A DNA stretch of 41,005 bases from an uncultured Candidatus Peribacteria bacterium (lineage in GTDB: Bacteria; Patescibacteriota; Gracilibacteria; Peribacterales; Peribacteraceae), in contig CAYZGJ010000002.1 in NCBI GenBank assembly GCA_964478005.1, positions 1 to 41,005 on the forward strand. Reading direction: 5' to 3'. The notes under the pieces were generated by a model. That model had not been told where the DNA came from. It made no database searches and worked only from the letters and a program-made list of their open reading frames with translations. The position numbers were made by a program, and so were the translations under genes. Each line of letters opens with the position of its first letter. Position 1 is the stretch's first letter. Shown here piece by piece: positions 32,753 through 37,994 of the stretch.

Positions 32753-33595
32753 CTATCTCTTCTTCTTGATACGGCGGCGGATGATGAGGTCGGAGCTGCG
32801 CTTCTTGCGCTTGCGGGTCTTCACGCCGAAGGCCTTCTTGCCCCAGGGCGTCTTGGGAGCCTTCAATCCGATGGACGAGTGGCCTTCCCCTCCTCCGTGC
32901 GGGTGGTCCACGGCGTTCATGGCGATGCCCAGCACCTGCGGGCGCCGGCCCATCCATCGCACGCGCCCCGCCTTGCCGATCGTGATCAGGTTGTGCTCGG
33001 GATTGCTGACCGTGCCGATGGTGGCTGCGCACTCCTTGCGGATCTTGCGCATCTCGCTGGAGGGCAACTGGATGATGGCGAAGGCGCCGTCGATGCCCAC
33101 CAGCGTGGCGGCGGTACCCGCGCTGCGGACGATCTTGCCGCCCTGGCCGGGATTCATCTCGATGTTGAATACCTTGTATCCCACGGGGATGTACTGGAGC
33201 TGCATGCGGTTGCCCGTCTTCACCTTGGTGCGCTCGCCGGCCACCACCGTATCACCGATGTGCAGATTCTGCGGAGCCAGAACATAGCGCTTTTCGCCGT
33301 CACTGTAGTGCAGCAGCGCGATGCGCGCGGAGCGGTTGGGGTCGTACTCGAGGGCGGCCACCGTGGCGGGGATGTTCTTCTTGTCGATCTGCTTAAAGTC
33401 GACATCGCGCTGCAGACGCTTGTGGCCGCCGCCGCGATGGCGCACGGAGATGCGACCGTTGCTCGCGCGGCCGGAGATGCGCTGCTTCCCCTTCACCAGC
33501 CGCTTTTCGGGCTTCTTCTTGCTGAGGTCCGAGAAGTCCGCGACCGACATCTGGCGGCGGGCGGAGGTCGTTGGTTTCATCTTCTTGATCGGCAT
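32753..33595 (-). CDS. rplB: 50S ribosomal protein L2
   Basis: ATG 33595 in ORF 32753..34099. MPIKKMKPTTSARRQMS...GGGHKRLQR.VDFK...NAVDHPHGGGEG. Confidence 0.95.
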   Translation of the reverse strand: MPIKKMKPTTSARRQMSVADFSDLSKKKPEKRLVKGKQRISGRASNGRISVRHRGGGHKRLQRDVDFKQIDKKNIPATVAALEYDPNRSARIALLHYSDGEKRYVLAPQNLHIGDTVVAGERTKVKTGNRMQLQYIPVGYKVFNIEMNPGQGGKIVRSAGTAATLVGIDGAFAIIQLPSSEMRKIRKECAATIGTVSNPEHNLITIGKAGRVRWMGRRPQVLGIAMNAVDHPHGGGEGHSSIGLKAPKTPWGKKAFGVKTRKRKKRSSDLIIRRRIKKKR

Positions 33596-33597
33596 GG

Positions 33598-33900
33598 TCA
33601 GGCGGCGGTACGGAACTGGGCGAGGTCGATCCCCTTGCTCTTGGGGCGCAGCGTCACGAGCATCTTCTTGGAACGGTGACGCTTGGTGAAGACACGGTTG
33701 GCGCCCACGGAACGGGTCTTGGGGCGCACGCGCATCACGCGGACGCTCTCCACCTCGACATCGAAGAAGCGCTTGAGGGCCTGGCGGACGTCGATCTTCG
33801 TGGCGGCGGCATCCACCGTGAGCGTGTAGACGCGCCGCTCTTTGAGCTGTTCGCTCTTCTCGGTGACCGGGGAGCCTTTGATGACGCGGGAGAGATCCAT
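33598..33900 (-). CDS. rplW: 50S ribosomal protein L23
   Basis: VIKGSPVTEKSEQLKERRVYTLTVDAAATKIDVRQALKRFFDVEVESVRVM. Confidence 0.93.
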   Translation of the reverse strand: MDLSRVIKGSPVTEKSEQLKERRVYTLTVDAAATKIDVRQALKRFFDVEVESVRVMRVRPKTRSVGANRVFTKRHRSKKMLVTLRPKSKGIDLAQFRTAA

Positions 33901-33907
33901 GGGATGA

Positions 33908-33935
33908 GGACGAGGGACTAAGGACTAAGGACGAA
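33908..33935. repeat. Heptamer array GGACTAA family x4 (UUAGUCC on the mRNA) upstream of the rplW start
   Basis: ggacgag|ggactaa|ggactaa|ggacgaa. Confidence 0.85.
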
Positions 33936-33938
33936 AGG

Positions 33939-34700
33939 TTAGGAAGCAGAGGGGGAAGTCTTCTTGGCTGCGGGTTTCTTCGTTGTCTTCTTCGCAGTCG
34001 TTGTTTTCTTTGTCTTCGTTGTCTTCTTCGTCTCCTTTTCCTCCTTTCCGTCCTTTTCCTCCTTCTTCTGCGCTCCGCCAAACAGCTTCTCAGCGACACC
34101 GATGGCGTCCTGCAGGAAGATCAGGTGGCGGGAGCCCAGGACGTCTGCGGGATTGAGGTAGGCGGCCGTGACCGTCTTCACGCCGGCGATGTTGCGGGCG
34201 GAGAGGCGCAGCCCCTCATGCGAGGCGGCGGTCACGAAGAGGATGCGGCGGCCCTGCTCCACGGGCAGCTTGCCCAGCAGCTCGGCAACGGCTTTCGTCT
34301 TGATGGTCGCGGGGTAGCTCTCCAGGACCAGCACCGCCTTCTTCCCGGCCTGGAGACTGAGGCACGACCGCAGGGCGGCATGGCGCATCTTCTGCGGCAT
34401 GTCCTTCTCGTAATTGCGGTCCTTCTTGGAGCCGAATGCCTTGCCGCCTCCCCGGAGACTGGCGGCGCGGACGGGGCCGCGGCGGGCGCGACCGGTGTGC
34501 TTCTGGGCGAAGAGCTTCTTGGTGGAACCCGCGATCTCGCCGCGCGACTTGGTGTGGGCGGTGGAGCGGCGGGCGTTGCTCTGCTGGCGGACGAGCGCCT
34601 GGTGCATCAATCCCTCGTTGATCGTGGCTTCGAAGAGTGATGCAGGCAGCGTGACAGCCTGGAGCTTGGCGCCGGTGGCGGAGAAGAGATCCGTCTGCAT
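33939..34700 (-). CDS. rplD: 50S ribosomal protein L4 with Lys/Thr-rich C-terminal extension
   Basis: HQALVRQQSNARRSTAHTKSRGEIAGSTKKLFAQKHTGRARRG..RAASLRGGGKAFG. Confidence 0.95.
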   Translation of the reverse strand: MQTDLFSATGAKLQAVTLPASLFEATINEGLMHQALVRQQSNARRSTAHTKSRGEIAGSTKKLFAQKHTGRARRGPVRAASLRGGGKAFGSKKDRNYEKDMPQKMRHAALRSCLSLQAGKKAVLVLESYPATIKTKAVAELLGKLPVEQGRRILFVTAASHEGLRLSARNIAGVKTVTAAYLNPADVLGSRHLIFLQDAIGVAEKLFGGAQKKEEKDGKEEKETKKTTKTKKTTTAKKTTKKPAAKKTSPSAS

Positions 34701-34703
34701 GGG

Positions 34704-35312
34704 TTACGCGTTGGGAGCGGATTCGAGGGTGAGAACGACGTGCGCGCCGTTGGGACCCGGAACGGGGCCCTTCACGGCGATGATGCTCTCCGCAGCGTCA
34801 TGCACGATGACGGAGCGATGCTTGAGAGTCAGATGATCGAGGCCCATGTGGCCTGCCATGCGGTGCCCGCGGAAGATGCGGCCGGGGGACGTGCGCATAC
34901 CGATGGAACCCGGCTCGCGCTTGAAGTGCGATCCATGGGTCCGGGGGCCGCCCCGGAAGACATGACGCTTCACCACGCCCTGGAAGCCCTTTCCCTTGGA
35001 AATACCCTGGACGGTGACCAGGCTCTCGGCGGGCAGGACGTCCACGGACACGGTGGAGCCGGCATCGAATCCCTCCAGGGAATCCACTTTGAACTCCTTC
35101 TGCATGCGGTAACGCGTGTGTTCGGCGCCCTTGCGCGTCTTCCACTGCTTCGCCCCCACGCCCAGCACGACGGCATCGTAGCCGTCCTTCTCCCTGGTCT
35201 TGGTCCGGACGACGGTGTTGGGTTCCACTTTCAGGTAGGTCACGGCCACAGCTTCCCCGTTTGCGAGGAATGCGCGCGACATGCCGACCTTGCGGGCGAT
35301 GAGTCCGATCAT
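34704..35312 (-). CDS. rplC: 50S ribosomal protein L3
   Basis: ATG 35312 in ORF 34704..35447. MIGLIARKVGMSRAF...GKGFQGVVKRHVFRGGPRTHGS.FKREPGSIG. Confidence 0.95.
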   Translation of the reverse strand: MIGLIARKVGMSRAFLANGEAVAVTYLKVEPNTVVRTKTREKDGYDAVVLGVGAKQWKTRKGAEHTRYRMQKEFKVDSLEGFDAGSTVSVDVLPAESLVTVQGISKGKGFQGVVKRHVFRGGPRTHGSHFKREPGSIGMRTSPGRIFRGHRMAGHMGLDHLTLKHRSVIVHDAAESIIAVKGPVPGPNGAHVVLTLESAPNA

Positions 35313-35418
35313 ACGGGGATAAGTAACAAGCGCCTGGCGGTTCATCTGGTCCGCTTGGTCGGCTCCGCCACGGGCGGACGAACGGCAGACTGGAACACAG
35401 GCAACGGAAAGTGCGGGC

Positions 35419-35447
35419 AGCTTAGAAACATTGCCGAAGAGAGTCAA
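35419..35447 (-). promoter_or_regulatory. Sigma70-type promoter TTGACT-17-TAAGCT with upstream A-tract, driving the rplC-led ribosomal operon
   Basis: The minus strand reads ccaaaaaatcaTTTGACTctcttcggcaatgtttcTAAGCTgcc. Lies about 100 nt upstream of the rplC ATG. Confidence 0.55.
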
Positions 35448-35542
35448 ATGATTTTTTGGCTTGCCGGGAAATTCATCCGGTTCCGTCAGAGCCTCCGCCC
35501 CCGCCCGTCAGGAATATCCCTCCCCTTTCCCCCTCCTTATCT

Positions 35543-35869
35543 ATGCAACGCTCCACCACCACGACCCTCCTGACCGTCGCGGCCCTCTCCGCCGGCATTG
35601 GCATCGCCGCCTACGAGCTCTACACCCGGCCACGTCTGCGCCGCAGGATGCAGGCCCGGACGTACGAAACCATGGCGATGGCCCTCGCTCCCCTCTCCCG
35701 CATGACCAACCGCTCCCGCCGGAACCTCGGACGCCGCTTCGGGATGGACGACGTCGCCCGCGACGCGGAGAAGAAACTCGCCCGCGCCGAGCGGAAGCTC
35801 TCCCGCACCGAGCGCCGCCTGCGCGATGAGGCCGAAGCCGAGCGCCTGGCGGGAATGGTGGGGATGTAG
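35543..35869 (+). CDS. Hypothetical small membrane-anchored coiled-coil protein (YtxH-like appearance)
   Basis: ATG 35543 in ORF 35456..35869. TM helix LLTVAALSAGIGIAAY, then an Arg/Glu-rich helix. Confidence 0.55.
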   Translation: MQRSTTTTLLTVAALSAGIGIAAYELYTRPRLRRRMQARTYETMAMALAPLSRMTNRSRRNLGRRFGMDDVARDAEKKLARAERKLSRTERRLRDEAEAERLAGMVGM

Positions 35870-35887
35870 GGATGGCTCCACGCAACG

Positions 35888-37174
35888 TTATCGCACTGCG
35901 CTGATCTGCTTCATGCGCGTGAATGCGCGTGTCCCATGCTTTCCCAGGGCCATGCCGAATCCGCTGTCTTTCCAGCCACACCACACTCCTTCCAGAAATG
36001 GAAGATTCGCATCGTTCTGCCAGACCATTCCGACATGTAATTGTGAGGCAATCCTCTGAAACGCCTCTGCGTCCGCTGTCCAGACCGATGCGCCGAGGCC
36101 ATAGGGTGTCTGATTGGCAAGGGAGATCGCTTCTGCCTCGGAAGTGAAACGATGCACGGGGAGGATCGGCCCGAATGTTTCTTCTTTCCACAGAAGACCT
36201 TCCGCGCTGTCGCATTCCAGCACTGTCGGCTCGATGCGCTCTGCCTTCTCATCGATCGTGCCACCCGTCACCACCCGGCACCCGCGGGAGCGCGCATCCT
36301 CCAGATGGTGCCGCACGATGTCAAACTGCTCCCGGGATGCAAAGCGCGTCCTGGGTTGCGCGCGCACCGCATCTTTCAATGCGTCCAGGAATGCATCGGC
36401 GATATCCGCGTGCACGAAGACGCGCTCCACGGAGGTGCAGCACTGTCCGTTGTTCATCATTCCATGGAGCGCAATCAACGCAGCGGTTTGCTGCAAATCA
36501 CAATCCGGCAAGATGATGGCCGCATCCTTCCCACCCATTTCCAAAAGACAGGGAATCATATTTTCACCGCAACGTCGCGCAATCTCTTTCCCCACCTTCG
36601 TCGATCCCGTAAACGAAATCATATCGACATCCGCTTCCACCAATGCGCGGCCCGTCGCGTCATCGGAGGGAAGAACCTGCAACACACCTTCCGGCAGTCC
36701 TGCTTCCGTGAAGATGCGCTCGATCCACTGGGCCGTTTCCGGTGTGAGGGGAGACGGCTTGAACAAGACGGCATTCCCCGCCATCAGCGCGGGGGCGATG
36801 GTCCAGAGCGGCGTATCCAGCGGGAAGTTCCACGGCTTGATCGCACCAATGACGCCGAGCGGCTCAAAGTGCAGCATGGTGGAACGCGCGTTCGCCGTCT
36901 CTCCTTCGTGCTCCACAGGTTCCGGTGCGAGGTAGGCGGGTGCCTTGGCGGCGAAGAATTCGAGGATCTGCTGAGAGTACGCACAATCCGAGAGTGCCTC
37001 CTCCATGAGTTTGCCCATTTCCCTGTTGATCGTCTCCGCTGCTGCCTGACAATGCTCCCCCAGCACCTGACTCGCTTTGCGGAGCACGGCGGATCGCTCT
37101 TTCATGGACTCTGCCGCCCACTGCTTCTGCGCTGCGCGCGCTTGTCGGATATGCGAGGAAAGATCAGGAGTCAT
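35888..37174 (-). CDS. Aldehyde dehydrogenase family protein
   Basis: ATG 37174 in ORF 35888..37327. KPWNFPL, FTGSTKVGKEI, LEMGGKD, NNGQCCTSVERVFV, EETFGPILPV. Confidence 0.88.
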   Translation of the reverse strand: MTPDLSSHIRQARAAQKQWAAESMKERSAVLRKASQVLGEHCQAAAETINREMGKLMEEALSDCAYSQQILEFFAAKAPAYLAPEPVEHEGETANARSTMLHFEPLGVIGAIKPWNFPLDTPLWTIAPALMAGNAVLFKPSPLTPETAQWIERIFTEAGLPEGVLQVLPSDDATGRALVEADVDMISFTGSTKVGKEIARRCGENMIPCLLEMGGKDAAIILPDCDLQQTAALIALHGMMNNGQCCTSVERVFVHADIADAFLDALKDAVRAQPRTRFASREQFDIVRHHLEDARSRGCRVVTGGTIDEKAERIEPTVLECDSAEGLLWKEETFGPILPVHRFTSEAEAISLANQTPYGLGASVWTADAEAFQRIASQLHVGMVWQNDANLPFLEGVWCGWKDSGFGMALGKHGTRAFTRMKQISAVR

Positions 37175-37238
37175 GGTGAAGAGTGTAATGCTCCCATGAT
37201 GTATTACCAATTGAATAATCACCTCCACCATCCCCAAC

Positions 37239-37267
37239 CTGACAAAGTACAAAATTCCCGCTATCCT
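37239..37267 (+). promoter_or_regulatory. Promoter cTGACA-17-TATCCT placed 7 nt before ATG 37275 (leaderless configuration)
   Basis: ctgaca (37239-44), 17-nt spacer, tatcct (37262-67), ctctgcc, ATG. The -10 box lies inside the 33-bp direct repeat. Confidence 0.4.
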
Positions 37268-37290
37268 CTCTGCCATGGACCCCATCCGTC
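37258..37290 (+). repeat. 33-bp perfect direct repeat, copy 1 (contains the -10-like box, the ATG and the first 5 codons, MDPIR)
   Basis: ccgctatcctctctgccatggaccccatccgtc is identical to 37962-37994. Confidence 0.95.
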
Positions 37291-37832
37291 CAGCAGAACG
37301 GATCGCCATCCTGGTGGACGGCAGCAACCTCTACCACTATCTGCGCGAACTACAATTGCGCGGACTTGCTGAGTTGGACTACCGGGCGTTTGCACAGCAG
37401 CTCGCGCACGGTCGCACTGTTGTTTCTGCCACATATTACATCGGCAAGGTACGATCGCATGGTGATGCCAAGGGGGAAGAGCTGCGCAAGTGGCAGCAAC
37501 GACTCGTCGCTCGGCTGCAGCAGATGGATTGGAGGGTGGAATTCGGACACATGATGGAAAATCGCGGCGTTTTTCAGGAGAAAGGCGTCGATGTCCACAT
37601 GGCCGTCGATCTGCTTACGGGTGCGTACGATGACCGGTATGACACAGCCGTGCTCGTGAGTTCCGATACGGATCTCATCCCTGCGATTCGCTGCGTCCGA
37701 CAGAAGGGGAAATCTGTCGAGTACGTCGGCTTTGCTCATCGTCCCTCATTCGGACTGATCAAGAACGCGGATGTCACGACGACGCTGCGTTTGCCGGATC
37801 TCCTTCCATTGCTCCGCAATACTCAACCATAA
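37275..37832 (+). CDS. NYN (LabA/DUF88-like) domain protein, predicted RNase
   Basis: IAILVDGSNLYHYL...KGVDVHMAVDLL...AVLVSSDTDLIPAI.... Confidence 0.85.
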   Translation: MDPIRPAERIAILVDGSNLYHYLRELQLRGLAELDYRAFAQQLAHGRTVVSATYYIGKVRSHGDAKGEELRKWQQRLVARLQQMDWRVEFGHMMENRGVFQEKGVDVHMAVDLLTGAYDDRYDTAVLVSSDTDLIPAIRCVRQKGKSVEYVGFAHRPSFGLIKNADVTTTLRLPDLLPLLRNTQP

Positions 37833-37833
37833 A

Positions 37834-37870
37834 ACCCGCCGTCCGCCGAAGCGGAGGGACGGGTGGGTTT
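37834..37870 (+). terminator. Terminator-like hairpin after the NYN gene
   Basis: acccgccgtccgc-cgaa-gcggagggacgggt, then gggttt. About 12 bp with a small bulge and a short T-run. Confidence 0.5.
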
Positions 37871-37961
37871 AGTACATCTATTGTATCTCTATTCAGACAT
37901 ATTGCAAGTGCGGAGGCGGCCATTTTGTCTGACATCTCCTGCTTCTCCTCCCCGGTAAACA

Positions 37962-37994
37962 CCGCTATCCTCTCTGCCATGGACCCCATCCGTC
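37962..37994 (+). repeat. 33-bp perfect direct repeat, copy 2 (lysS start region)
   Basis: Identical to 37258-37290. Confidence 0.95.

Noticed and set aside
29224-34099. Very long N-terminal extensions suggested by the ORF track for rplX (306 aa), rpmC/rplP region (340 aa), rpsC (281 aa), rplB (448 aa), rpoA (394 aa) and rplC (247 aa).
   Set aside because: The extensions run through the upstream ribosomal gene in another frame and are Arg/Pro-rich nonsense. Canonical N-termini (MKIRTGD, MALHAS, MGQKVN, MPIKKM, MHIIQE, MIGLIARK) begin at internal ATGs positioned right after the upstream stop.
35313-35542. A hidden rpsJ (S10) gene upstream of rplC.
   Set aside because: Only 230 nt are available (S10 needs about 300), and no ORF with S10-like sequence exists on either strand.
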